From a virus, in the IMG/VR virus record IMGVR_UViG_3300036816_000007, positions 1 to 64,000 of that record: 64,000 nucleotides of DNA; one strand, given 5' to 3'. Shown here piece by piece: positions 42,357-51,982 of this stretch (its first letter is position 1; the number at the start of each line of letters is the position of its first letter). The notes beneath the pieces were generated by a model. The model did not search any database, was not told the origin of the DNA, and was given only the letters and a program-made list of their open reading frames with translations. A program made the translations under genes and the position numbers.

Positions 42357-43322
42357 TTATACCGCGAAATCCGCGTCAGTAAGCGGTACTATATTGACCG
42401 CCTTCTGATAACCGTTACCCTTTTTCGAAAAGAAATCATGTATCTTCGTCGCGGTATTAATTCCGTTAAGTACGATTGGATTGATATCCTCGTCAGGAAA
42501 ATGCGTAGGCCGTCCGAGGTTCATAAGCGCACGGTTAAAGTTGTAGCGCAGGAATGGCAACACGTCCTCCTCAAGTCCGATCGGAGCGTATAACTCAACG
42601 GTATAGCCCGCCTCATTATCGTAGAGTCTACGCAATAACGACGCCACCTCACGGTCGAGCTCCGCTTGTGTTTCCGAAGGTAATTCCGCATATAGTTCGC
42701 GCGCCAACGTTCCGACGTACTGTCCGTGTACCGCCTCATCGCGCATAATCAAGTCGATAATCTCGCCGCTGGCCGTCATCTTACCGCGTCCTGCGAGTAA
42801 TAGCGGATAGTAAAAGCCGGAATAGAACAGCGCGGATTCCAAGAATACGGACGCAACCATCGCCATGTATAAGCGCTCGGGTGACGTGATTGAGCGGTAA
42901 TATCCGCTGATGATTTCGCCTTTGCGTCGTAAGAACGGATTAGATGCGGTCCACTCGAATACGCGGTCGGATTCTTCCGTTGATACGAGCGTTGCGAAGA
43001 TTGCGCTATAGGACTTGGCGTGGATATGCTCCATCATACCCATAAACGCGAGGACCGCCTTTTTCTGCGCGGATTCTACGTGTTGCATAATGAGCGGCAT
43101 TCCTTCTGCTCCCTGCACTGTGTCTAGGAACGTAAGCCCTCCGAGCACCATCTTATATACGTCGCGCTCAACGTCGCTTAACGCCAACCACGCCATCTTA
43201 TCGTCATCTAGCGGGATTTCATGTTCGCGCCAAATCTGCATAAAGTTTTGATCAAGGAACTCCTCGGAATAGTCATCATCTGGGCGGTTCCAGTTTACGG
43301 ATTTAAGTACGGTTGTTGTCAT
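42357..43322 (-). CDS. nrdF: Ribonucleotide reductase class Ib beta subunit
   Basis: 321 aa, immediately downstream of nrdE. Ferritin-like di-iron layout is recognisable (e.g. MEHIHAKSY, VFLESALFYSGF). Confidence 0.9.
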   Translation of the reverse strand: MTTTVLKSVNWNRPDDDYSEEFLDQNFMQIWREHEIPLDDDKMAWLALSDVERDVYKMVLGGLTFLDTVQGAEGMPLIMQHVESAQKKAVLAFMGMMEHIHAKSYSAIFATLVSTEESDRVFEWTASNPFLRRKGEIISGYYRSITSPERLYMAMVASVFLESALFYSGFYYPLLLAGRGKMTASGEIIDLIMRDEAVHGQYVGTLARELYAELPSETQAELDREVASLLRRLYDNEAGYTVELYAPIGLEEDVLPFLRYNFNRALMNLGRPTHFPDEDINPIVLNGINTATKIHDFFSKKGNGYQKAVNIVPLTDADFAV

Positions 43323-43341
43323 ATATTCGTCTCCCTTCGAT

Positions 43342-45438
43342 TTAGACAGCGCAAGATGTGCATTCGGCTACGGACAGCAGTTTGTTACGTGTATAGTACA
43401 GCGACTTTAGTCCGAGTTTGTGTGCGTACAGATAATGGCGGACAAGTTCGTTTGTTGGCGTTTTGCTGTCTACGTAAAGGATCGTCGATATCCCTTGGTC
43501 AACGTGGCGCTGAATTGTCGCAACCATTTCGAGAATCTTACGCTGATCCATATTGAACGCGCTGGTATACGAAATCATGTTATCACGCGCCAGGAACGGA
43601 GCCGGATAATACGTCGTAGAGTTTCCGTACGTGCGCGTCTCCATTACGTCAGAGATCGGAAGCACCGAGCTCGTTGCGTTCTGTACGTACGAAATGCTTT
43701 GCGTAGGTGCGATCGCAAGTCTATACGCGTGCCACAATCCGTACTGTTTGACGGCTGCGGCCAAACGTTCCCAATCGTCAGGTCCCGGCAGTTCGATATC
43801 CGCGGCTGCGAACAAATCCGCTACCTTTTCGAATTTAGGACGGAAGTCATTTTCGATATATTGCGTAAAGTACGAGCCATCCGCGTAATCCGAACGGTCA
43901 AATCCGTAGAACGTGCCTCCGCGCTCCTGAGCGATCTGCATCGAACGCTCAATCGAGTAATAGTTAATCGCGGCGAAGAATGCGTCGGCAAACTCGCGGC
44001 CAACTTCGGACTGATACGATATGCGATTCTTCATCAGATACCCGTGCAGGTTCATTGCGCCGAGTCCTACGCTATGCATCAAATCGTTAGCCTTACGGAC
44101 GCCGGGCGCATTGGCAATCGCTGTCATATCGGAAACGGCGGTAAGCGAATCCATTGCGGAATGAACGGCGCGGCGAAGGTCTCCGGATTCCATTGCGGTA
44201 ACGATGTTGAGTGATGCGAGATTACACGAGATATCGAGGCCGATTTCGTCCGGTTGTCCGTAGTCGTTGATAATATTAGTTTCCATCAACTGGAAAATTT
44301 CAGTGCAGAGGTTTGACATCTTCACCTGACCGACGCCTTTCAGCGCATGACCTTCGTTCGCGTTCTCCTTGAACATGAGATACGGATATCCCGATTCGAG
44401 CTGCGTTGTCGCAATCTTCGTCAGCATGTCACGCGCACTTAACTCACGTTTCTTAACAGTCGGATTCGAGACCAACTCGTCATACATTACGCTAATATCC
44501 ATATCGTCGAGGTGCGTTCCGTACGCTTTGTACACGGTGTATGGTGCGAATACGTAGTACGGTTCGTTAGTCTCCGCTAGCTCAATAAACTTCGCCGGTA
44601 CGATAAGTCCGATCGATAACGTTTTGAGGCGCGACCGTTCATCCGCATTAATCTTCTTCGCGTCGAGTAGTTCCATCACATCCCATCCGAAGATGTTGTA
44701 ATAGACAGCGCCGCTACCTTTCCGTTGCCCCATTTGATCCGCGTATGAGAACGCCATTTCGAGTTGTTTGGCGACCGGAAGAATACCTTTCGCTACGCCT
44801 TCCTCTTCCTTAATCGCTTCGCCCCGTCCGCGCAGCTTCGATAAGTTCAGCGCAACGCCTCCGCCAATCTTCGAAAGCTGCATCGCGGTATTATGTGCGT
44901 GTCCGATCGCGTTAAGACTGTCGTCAAGCTCCGTTAGGAAGCACGATACCATTTCGCCGCGACGCGCTTTACCAGCGTTGAGAAACGTAGGCGTAGCAGG
45001 CTGAACTCCGTTAACATAGCCCCATAGTAGCTCGCGCGCCATCTCGTAATTACCCTGCGCCAGATATAACGCAGTGATTGCGTATCGCTCTTCCGGAGAT
45101 TCCAGATACGTTTTCTTATCGCGAGTCTTAAGCGCATAGTCTGTATAGTATTTGAACGCGGCCATATACGAAGCGAATCGCAGGCCAGCATCGTTAGCCA
45201 TTCGGTGGATCTCCGTTATCTGCTCCGGTGTATATTGCGCCAATACTTCCGGATAGTAATATCCGTTATCGACCATGTATTGAACGCGAGCCATTGCGGA
45301 GTCAAAACGCATCTTGTTATCGCGGATGAAGCGCATGAACTCCTCGACGGCCTCCGTATCCTTTTCGAGCTGGTAGAATCCGTCCTTCATTACGGTAACT
45401 TCGTTATTGAGTTCGATGTAGTTATAAGTACTAGACAA
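43342..45438 (-). CDS. nrdE: Ribonucleotide reductase class Ib alpha subunit
   Basis: 698 aa. YIELNN N-terminus, NLCTEI active-site motif and a C-terminal Cys pair (ECTSCAV). Confidence 0.95.
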   Translation of the reverse strand: MSSTYNYIELNNEVTVMKDGFYQLEKDTEAVEEFMRFIRDNKMRFDSAMARVQYMVDNGYYYPEVLAQYTPEQITEIHRMANDAGLRFASYMAAFKYYTDYALKTRDKKTYLESPEERYAITALYLAQGNYEMARELLWGYVNGVQPATPTFLNAGKARRGEMVSCFLTELDDSLNAIGHAHNTAMQLSKIGGGVALNLSKLRGRGEAIKEEEGVAKGILPVAKQLEMAFSYADQMGQRKGSGAVYYNIFGWDVMELLDAKKINADERSRLKTLSIGLIVPAKFIELAETNEPYYVFAPYTVYKAYGTHLDDMDISVMYDELVSNPTVKKRELSARDMLTKIATTQLESGYPYLMFKENANEGHALKGVGQVKMSNLCTEIFQLMETNIINDYGQPDEIGLDISCNLASLNIVTAMESGDLRRAVHSAMDSLTAVSDMTAIANAPGVRKANDLMHSVGLGAMNLHGYLMKNRISYQSEVGREFADAFFAAINYYSIERSMQIAQERGGTFYGFDRSDYADGSYFTQYIENDFRPKFEKVADLFAAADIELPGPDDWERLAAAVKQYGLWHAYRLAIAPTQSISYVQNATSSVLPISDVMETRTYGNSTTYYPAPFLARDNMISYTSAFNMDQRKILEMVATIQRHVDQGISTILYVDSKTPTNELVRHYLYAHKLGLKSLYYTRNKLLSVAECTSCAV

Positions 45439-45784
45439 GCGCGTCCACTCCTTCGGTGAATTTTTGTATGTCGGTAGGCGTGCCCGCCAGTTCGAATTTG
45501 CAAACGATCGGCACTCCGTATTGATTCGCTATTTGATCCGCGGCGAGTGCATAAGCCGGACCGAAATTACGGTTGCCGGACGCAGCCACGCCACGTAAAT
45601 ATTCGTTGTTATGTGCGATAAAAGCGCGTGTCTTGGCCGGTACCTCTCCGATCTTATCCGTATATGTTACGAGGATAAACGGTTCAGTTACGCGTAGATC
45701 CTCCGTTAGCTTTTGCGTAGGATACGGGAGACGCCGCGCGAATAGGCCGACATTTCCCGTACGTGATGCGTAGACAATTAGCAT
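45431..45784 (-). CDS. nrdI: Flavodoxin-like NrdI
   Basis: MLIVYASRTGNV... 117 aa. Overlaps the nrdE start. Confidence 0.9.
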   Translation of the reverse strand: MLIVYASRTGNVGLFARRLPYPTQKLTEDLRVTEPFILVTYTDKIGEVPAKTRAFIAHNNEYLRGVAASGNRNFGPAYALAADQIANQYGVPIVCKFELAGTPTDIQKFTEGVDALV

Positions 45785-45936
45785 TATTCGCGCTCGCTCC
45801 TCTCGTATATTGCGCGTGCCTCGGCGAGTCTCCGCTCGTACTTATCCGCAAGCCCTCGGTAGATCACGACGGACCGTTCGAGAGCTGCGATTTCCTGGCG
45901 TTGGTGGGCGGCGAGGCGTGCGGCTAGTTCGCTCAT
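45784..45936 (-). CDS. 50-aa coiled-coil protein
   Basis: ATGA coupling. MSELAARLAAHQRQEIAALERS... Confidence 0.45.
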   Translation of the reverse strand: MSELAARLAAHQRQEIAALERSVVIYRGLADKYERRLAEARAIYERSERE

Positions 45937-46139
45937 TTCGTCGCTAGGGCGATTAACGTTATGATTGCGATAATCACGAGAAGGAGCGCAATTCCGCCCC
46001 AGAATGGCAACGTTACCCACCACCAGGACCACGCGATAACTCCCGTCAGTTTCAGCGTTACAAACACTACGCCAAGCAATCCGAATATTCCGATACCACC
46101 GTTGTTATTTACGCTTCCGTTGTTGTTCGTCTTTCTCAT
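45933..46139 (-). CDS. Trp-rich membrane protein
   Basis: GIFGLLGVVFVTLKLTGVIAWSWWWVTLPFWGGIALLLVIIAIITLIAL. Confidence 0.6.
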   Translation of the reverse strand: MRKTNNNGSVNNNGGIGIFGLLGVVFVTLKLTGVIAWSWWWVTLPFWGGIALLLVIIAIITLIALATK

Positions 46140-46678
46140 GCCACATCAGCCTCCGTATCAATTAGATTTTCGCGTATCAAGTACGCCAGAATTACCGCAC
46201 ATGCATCCGCGTCGTCATAACCTGACCGCCATTTGTACTCGGAAGGAAGGCGCAGATATTTCCGCACGCCCTCCGCTACGTCCTTCTTCTCCGCTTTCCC
46301 GTTGCCCGCTACGAGTTTCTTAACCGTCGTCGGCGCAAGTACCGGCTTGACTTCGTGGACTTTGTAACCGAACGAATGGAGTGCGCGATCAGCCGCCGCC
46401 CATGCGTTAAATATCGTTTGTGTAGCGCGTTTATTTCGGCCCGCCGTAAAGTCCTCGCGTAATATAATGTCGAACGGCCGATGTGCGTAAACTTGGTGCG
46501 CGATAAACGATTCGACGACGACCGAGCGCGTTGCATCGTTGATATCCGTATCCGTTGCGACTGAGCCTGCGTAAACGAGCGTTGGGATGCGTTCTTTAAC
46601 GTCGATGACGGCGAGACCGGGCGATAACGACAAGTCGAGTCCGAGATACCGTTTAGTCTGCGCTTTTGGCTTCGCCAG
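46136..46678 (-). CDS. RuvC-like Holliday junction resolvase (model extended to a CTG; canonical TTG model is 46136..46633)
   Basis: The conserved N-terminus ...RYLGLDLSLSPGLAVIDV (cf. RuvC ILGIDPGS..G.GVI), including the first catalytic Asp, lies upstream of the TTG. AAGGAGG is 9 nt before the CTG at 46678. Confidence 0.65.
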   Translation of the reverse strand: MAKPKAQTKRYLGLDLSLSPGLAVIDVKERIPTLVYAGSVATDTDINDATRSVVVESFIAHQVYAHRPFDIILREDFTAGRNKRATQTIFNAWAAADRALHSFGYKVHEVKPVLAPTTVKKLVAGNGKAEKKDVAEGVRKYLRLPSEYKWRSGYDDADACAVILAYLIRENLIDTEADVA

Positions 46679-46889
46679 GACTACGCACCTCCTTGAGTAA
46701 CAAATCGAGATGAGCGCGGAGGATTACGCGCAAAGCATCGTCCACTTCCTCGTCTGTATACCCGTCAAGCAACTCTACCGCAATGTCGCGTTCTTCTTCC
46801 GTCATGAAATCATCGTACGTATGGCCCGCCTCACTAAGCGCGGCAAATACCGAGGAGAATACGGTCACGTTCCGTAATTTACTATCCAT
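46653..46889 (-). CDS. Hypothetical acidic protein
   Basis: 78 aa. Confidence 0.6.
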   Translation of the reverse strand: MDSKLRNVTVFSSVFAALSEAGHTYDDFMTEEERDIAVELLDGYTDEEVDDALRVILRAHLDLLLKEVRSPGEAKSAD

Positions 46890-47933
46890 CTACGCAGCCT
46901 CCTTCGTTTGGCTCTCCGCTTCCTCTTCTCTTATCCGTTCAATATCCGCAAGCGCCTCCGCCGGTCCACGCTTCTGCCACTCCGATAATCCAGACCGCTG
47001 AACCGCCGCCACTTTACGTCTGAGCGCGTCAATCTCTTCGTCAGATAAGGACAGCGCAATCGTCCGTTTAAAATCGTTGAATCGCCACTTACCGAGATCC
47101 GTCTCAGGCGGCTCGCCTTTGTCTGCGGCGTCTAAGATTCCCGCAAAGTGTCCGAGCAAGTCTTCGCGCATCTCATCCGTAATGTACAAGCCGAACGCGG
47201 CGATATCCGGATTCTTTTCGAACTCTGCCGGCGTCATATCCCACGCTTTCCGTGCGCCATTAACGTAGAGGATTACGTAGAAATCAACGTCGTACATAAC
47301 TGAGTAGCTGACGCATTGTTTAACGTGGCCTTCTTCCGGACCATTTCGCATACTGTAGCCGGAGGTTTTAGCGTACGTAGTTTGTTTACTCTTAACTTCG
47401 AGACCGACGCGTACTTCACGTCCGAGCTCCGGAATCCATACGCGCATAACTCCGTCTGAGGTTCCGAAGAGAGCGAACGTCCGACCCGCGTGCTCAACGA
47501 TCTTAGACATCTTCGCGAAGTCCTCAAACATCGGCTCGCCGCGCTCATTGCGATCGAATACAAACGGAGGGTTTTCGCCAGCATACCGCGCATAATGTTT
47601 CTCCGCGAAGAGAATATCGCGTTGAATAATATCCCCGATGGCCGTTCCTATCCGAGTCTGGCGCCCCTGATTCGGTTGCCGTCCGCGGGATTCCTTCTTA
47701 GCTCCGCGTGCCTTTTCGTAGAGACCACGTGGATCTGAATCTGCGGCTGACGGAGAGAAATACGGAATGTTCCGCGGCGGCCATACCTTGCGCGATTTGT
47801 CCGTGAGGATGTCGCTGTACCAACGGTGAATCTGCGCATCCAGCGCGTCGTCATACACTTCTGGCGCGGAATGCCACTCGTTGAGGAATACCGTTAATTG
47901 CTCCGCGATTCTATTTGCGATTGTCTGTGTCAA
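46890..47933 (-). CDS. PD-(D/E)XK-type exonuclease (Cas4/RecB-like fold)
   Basis: GTSDGVMRV ... VGLEVKSK (D...E.K). 347 aa. TTG start after GAGGGGA. Confidence 0.55.
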   Translation of the reverse strand: MTQTIANRIAEQLTVFLNEWHSAPEVYDDALDAQIHRWYSDILTDKSRKVWPPRNIPYFSPSAADSDPRGLYEKARGAKKESRGRQPNQGRQTRIGTAIGDIIQRDILFAEKHYARYAGENPPFVFDRNERGEPMFEDFAKMSKIVEHAGRTFALFGTSDGVMRVWIPELGREVRVGLEVKSKQTTYAKTSGYSMRNGPEEGHVKQCVSYSVMYDVDFYVILYVNGARKAWDMTPAEFEKNPDIAAFGLYITDEMREDLLGHFAGILDAADKGEPPETDLGKWRFNDFKRTIALSLSDEEIDALRRKVAAVQRSGLSEWQKRGPAEALADIERIREEEAESQTKEAA

Positions 47934-48127
47934 TTAATCGTCCCCTCTACTCGAATAGTCTCAACCTTAGAAAGCTGCGTATAGAACATATGCCCATCGA
48001 TTTCGTACGCTAACCATCCGTCATCAACATCCGTAACACAGGCGTCTTCAAGTACCCGTTCGTCGTTGTCCCTACCAATCAAGAAAATAGTTACTATCTG
48101 TCCGACTAGCTCATCTAAAATATGCAT
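47930..48127 (-). CDS. Hypothetical protein
   Basis: 65 aa. Confidence 0.55.
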   Translation of the reverse strand: MHILDELVGQIVTIFLIGRDNDERVLEDACVTDVDDGWLAYEIDGHMFYTQLSKVETIRVEGTIN

Positions 48128-48772
48128 CTACGCAACCTCCTTCGGTTGTTTCCGCTCAATCGTCCGCACAATTGCGCCAGGCGGCGTATAAGTCAGCGGC
48201 CTCTCCGCGCTATCAACGACGACATTGCGGTATGTGATTCCTTTAATTATCGCTTTTGCCTTGAGTACCGCGTATAGCTGCAGCGTAGCCTCCACGTCAT
48301 TCATAGCGCGATGATGTCCGTTAAGTGCGATTCCATAACGTTCGCATGTAGGCGCAAGGCTTGCGTTCTCGTCCGGATCGATTAGGCGGGACATGGCGCG
48401 AGTGCAGGCGAACCAGCCCGAAGGAAGACCGTCATATATCCGGTCGATAAACGCAAAGTCAAACGGGACATTGTGCGCAATCAGGTTCGAATCTCTGGCG
48501 AAGTCCATAACCGAGTCGACCGCGAACCAGTGCCTAGGAGCACCGCGTAAATCCTCCGTCTTAATTCCGGTCAGGTCCGTGATGAACTCCGGGATTTCGA
48601 TAACTTCGCCGGCAATCGACGGCAACGCAACGTACGTCTGGAACCGCCCAATCTCGCGGATGTAACCGCCCGGCCCAACTTCCGCACGGATGGCGGCGAT
48701 TTCCGTAATGTGGTCGGCGAGCGGATCAAGTCCGGTTGTTTCGATGTCAAGTACGGTGACGATTTCGTTCAT
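48128..48772 (-). CDS. DnaQ-like DEDDh 3'-5' exonuclease
   Basis: LDIETTGLDP (Exo I), HNVPFDFAFI (Exo II) and HHRAMNDVEAT (Exo III). Confidence 0.9.
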   Translation of the reverse strand: MNEIVTVLDIETTGLDPLADHITEIAAIRAEVGPGGYIREIGRFQTYVALPSIAGEVIEIPEFITDLTGIKTEDLRGAPRHWFAVDSVMDFARDSNLIAHNVPFDFAFIDRIYDGLPSGWFACTRAMSRLIDPDENASLAPTCERYGIALNGHHRAMNDVEATLQLYAVLKAKAIIKGITYRNVVVDSAERPLTYTPPGAIVRTIERKQPKEVA

Positions 48773-48774
48773 AG

Positions 48775-49119
48775 TTACGCGCTCCTTCCGTAGACGTATT
48801 CGACTCTTACGACTTCCTTCGGCACAACTTCGTCAATGGTAACGGAGAAGTCCATGCCGTCCTGCATCTCAGTTGCGGGAACCTCGCGGCCGATTTGGAA
48901 ATACGCAACTTCACCGCCATCTTGCGTAACGCGGTATACGTCCGTTTTATAATTCGTCCAGCGACCACCGTCCTCAAACGTTGACTCTACGTTTTCTGAC
49001 GTGTATCCCTTGCGTCTGATGTCCAGGAGCGCGTCAACTTCTTCATGCGTCTCATCCCACGCTTCACCTTCGTAACCTTCTCCGATCAATTCGCGTAGCT
49101 TCTCAATAACGTTCTCCAT
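48775..49119 (-). CDS. Hypothetical protein
   Basis: 114 aa. Confidence 0.6.
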   Translation of the reverse strand: MENVIEKLRELIGEGYEGEAWDETHEEVDALLDIRRKGYTSENVESTFEDGGRWTNYKTDVYRVTQDGGEVAYFQIGREVPATEMQDGMDFSVTIDEVVPKEVVRVEYVYGRSA

Positions 49120-51951
49120 TTACGCAGCCTCCTTCGATTTTGGACGTCCGTTTTCGAAATCCCATGCATCCGGACGAATCTCTTCCATCCAGCGTGGTTC
49201 GATTACTGTATCGCAGTCAAGCGGGCAGGCAAACGTTGCGGTATTCGTCATGATATCGGTATACAACGCGACCGTCTCTTCCGTAATCTGATCGGTAGGA
49301 GCCGCGTGTTTCTGCTCATCGTGAAGGGTCAGCGTAAATTCCCACCCGCGAGCTACTGTCAGTTCGTAATAGCTTCGGATCATACATAGCTTGAGTACGT
49401 TCGCGCCGCTACCTTGAATTTCGTGATTGAACGCTGCTCTTTCGTCGCGTCCTGTTAATCTGATGAGTTGCCAGAACTCGTCGCGCAATCTTTTTAACCT
49501 ACCGGCTTTTTTAGCGAGATATGGGTCGTCCTTGCCCGTAATGCCCACAAGTTGCATCAACGATTTAAGACGCTGCCAGTTCTTGCGATATTCCGGAAAC
49601 CTCCGTTTCTGTCCCCACAACGTCGCCGTCCATCCGTACTTGCGGAGATGTTCGAATGACGCGTTGACCATCGTACTGAAACCCGGAAGGATCTCGTCGA
49701 ATTTCCCGTACGCACTCTTCGCCTGTTCCGGCGTTACCCCGCGCTTGACCGCAGTCTTAACGAACTGATCCTCAGCTTGACCGTAACCTTTCGCAAGGAA
49801 CATATCTTTCGTTAGCTTACGGTATGGAACCGCCGTCAACCCGTTCTTATACGCCTTTTCGAAACATAGATCGCGGTCGACTTCGAACATGATTGACGCG
49901 AACTCTACGTAAGGGTCGAGTCCTCTACGGTACATGTCCGCGAATATCTCATCGCCATGTTCGACGGCCATTTTATGCGCTTGGAGGCGCGGCTCGATCG
50001 AGGATAAGTCGCTGCCGAGAAACGTATGTCCTGGCGGCGGCTTAAACGTCATACGGACACGTTCGCCTTCCTTTGTTCGAGCTGGTATATTTTGTAAGTT
50101 GGTCCCCTTTGCTACGGATTTCTCCGCGCATTCAACGAGCTTCCGCATCGTATCGAGATAGTTTTCGTCGGTTACCGGACCTGACCGGATGTCATTCGGC
50201 TTCCCGCTATATCCTTTCGAGGAGTAACGTCCGGTCGAAACCATATCGAGCTGCGTATGCAATCGCCCGTCTACGTCGAGAGCCTTCGGTATTTTGTCTA
50301 CGTAAGTGTTCAGCAGCTTTTCGTACGCGGACACGTTTGCCAACGGTTTGAGCGCTTCCTCTTCCTCGTAGTAACGTTCGAGAACGTCCTTGGATACCGC
50401 GCGCTCTTTCTTCTTGTCCTTAACGATTTGCTTCGTACGGTCTTCAATTCCGAGATGATCGTAAATTAAATACCGCAGATGATTATCGTTTGTGAACGAG
50501 AACTCCGTTACGTTTAATGGCGCGTGCTCATCGTCGGCTGGCGCTAAATCCTCCGCCTGTAGTTGCGCAAGTCTCTCGACGGCGCTCGTATATTTCTTGA
50601 GCGACGTTTTACCGGCGGATTCACATTCCGCGATTATTACGCGTTGCTTTGCCTGCGCTTCTTCATTCCGCGCAATTCTACGGCGCTGTTTATCGATCCA
50701 ATCCGTTACCTTCGCGGAGTATAATGCGCGGTCCATCTTGCGTAAGAACTCCGAATCAGTTACGCCATAAGCTTCGATAACATCCGCCTGGGCTTGCGCT
50801 AGTTTCGGACGGAGTTCATCGCCAAGCGCCTGCAGATCGTCGAGATCAATTACGAAGCCCGTGCGCTCGATATTAACGTTGACCTCCGATAAATATTGCG
50901 TAATCTCGAAGAAGGACATCGCCAAGTTATCCGTTGCGACAATGTTATCGATCTGCCAGCGCGTCAACCACCAGCCTTTGAGTACGTCCCATATCGCGTA
51001 GATTCCGACGACTTCGATCGGATGAAGCATCGGTGACTCCTTCGAGAAAAGATCCTCAAAGGTTGTATCCGGAGCCTCTACGCCGATAATCGATTTATAC
51101 TTCGTTATGAGCGGCTTCAAAGCGTAAGTGTCTTCGTTGTCATTAAGCGTTCTTTGCGCAGCTACGGAGTCATATCGAATACCCTGCGGCTCTAGCCCGT
51201 CATTAAGCAACATCGCTAAGTCAAACTCCGCGTTATGAAACGATTTAATTTGCGACGGCAACGACATGAACTTTGCGATAGCTCCGAGCGCCTTTGACCG
51301 CGTGCATTGCTTCTCGCCCGTCAGATGTCCGTATGCTACGTAATATCCTTCGTTGAGTAGCGGAAGCCATACGGAGTAGCCGCCGGTCAAGTCGAGCATC
51401 TTGTCGAGTCCGGATGTTTCCGTATCCCATACGGTAAGTGATTCCGCGTCTGGAATATCGATACCACGTTCGGCTAGCTTCCGTTTAATCAACGTGTCAT
51501 TGAAGAGCACGAAGACATTACGGAACCACTCGTCATCCTTCTGCAGACGCACTTCCTCACGTAATCTCGCGATCATCTTCGGTAACTCCGCGTCATCCGT
51601 AATAATGTGGAAGTTATCCGGCTTGGACCGCAGTGTCTCCGCTACCTTATCCGCGCGCTCATCCGTCTGCTTTTGCCGTTGTAGTTGTTCAGCAGCGCGG
51701 ATTACGTCTTCCTTCGTTACTTGGCCGCCGGAGGTACGGAGATTCGGACGATTTCCTGTTTCGCCCGATAATCCTTCGACTAGCTCACGTTGCTTATCCG
51801 ATAGCGACATCCGCAGTACGCGTTCGATCGCCTCTTCGTCCGTCTCCTGCGCAGCCTTCTTGCGTTTAGCCGCGTCTGCCACACGTTCCGCCGCTCCGTC
51901 ATCCGCTGGCGGCCGCAAGTTTAACGTTAATTTTGGCGCGATATGCGTCAC
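49120..51951 (-). CDS. Family A DNA polymerase with 3'-5' exonuclease domain
   Basis: Exo motifs VWDTETSGLD and FHNAEFDLAML. Polymerase motif A GSDLSSIEPRL, motif B YRKLTKDMFLAKGYG and motif C LTLHDEQ. Confidence 0.9.
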   Translation of the reverse strand: MTHIAPKLTLNLRPPADDGAAERVADAAKRKKAAQETDEEAIERVLRMSLSDKQRELVEGLSGETGNRPNLRTSGGQVTKEDVIRAAEQLQRQKQTDERADKVAETLRSKPDNFHIITDDAELPKMIARLREEVRLQKDDEWFRNVFVLFNDTLIKRKLAERGIDIPDAESLTVWDTETSGLDKMLDLTGGYSVWLPLLNEGYYVAYGHLTGEKQCTRSKALGAIAKFMSLPSQIKSFHNAEFDLAMLLNDGLEPQGIRYDSVAAQRTLNDNEDTYALKPLITKYKSIIGVEAPDTTFEDLFSKESPMLHPIEVVGIYAIWDVLKGWWLTRWQIDNIVATDNLAMSFFEITQYLSEVNVNIERTGFVIDLDDLQALGDELRPKLAQAQADVIEAYGVTDSEFLRKMDRALYSAKVTDWIDKQRRRIARNEEAQAKQRVIIAECESAGKTSLKKYTSAVERLAQLQAEDLAPADDEHAPLNVTEFSFTNDNHLRYLIYDHLGIEDRTKQIVKDKKKERAVSKDVLERYYEEEEALKPLANVSAYEKLLNTYVDKIPKALDVDGRLHTQLDMVSTGRYSSKGYSGKPNDIRSGPVTDENYLDTMRKLVECAEKSVAKGTNLQNIPARTKEGERVRMTFKPPPGHTFLGSDLSSIEPRLQAHKMAVEHGDEIFADMYRRGLDPYVEFASIMFEVDRDLCFEKAYKNGLTAVPYRKLTKDMFLAKGYGQAEDQFVKTAVKRGVTPEQAKSAYGKFDEILPGFSTMVNASFEHLRKYGWTATLWGQKRRFPEYRKNWQRLKSLMQLVGITGKDDPYLAKKAGRLKRLRDEFWQLIRLTGRDERAAFNHEIQGSGANVLKLCMIRSYYELTVARGWEFTLTLHDEQKHAAPTDQITEETVALYTDIMTNTATFACPLDCDTVIEPRWMEEIRPDAWDFENGRPKSKEAA

Positions 51952-51982
51952 TCCCTTCGCTCAGTTTACGTGAAGCTTGCGG

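Noticed and set aside
35097-45784. ThyX, dNMP kinase, MazG-like and NrdIEF as a DNA base-hypermodification pathway
   Set aside because: All components are consistent with ordinary dNTP supply. I saw no hydroxymethylase-type ThyA homologue, and no glycosyl-, amino- or methyl-transferase, to support modification.
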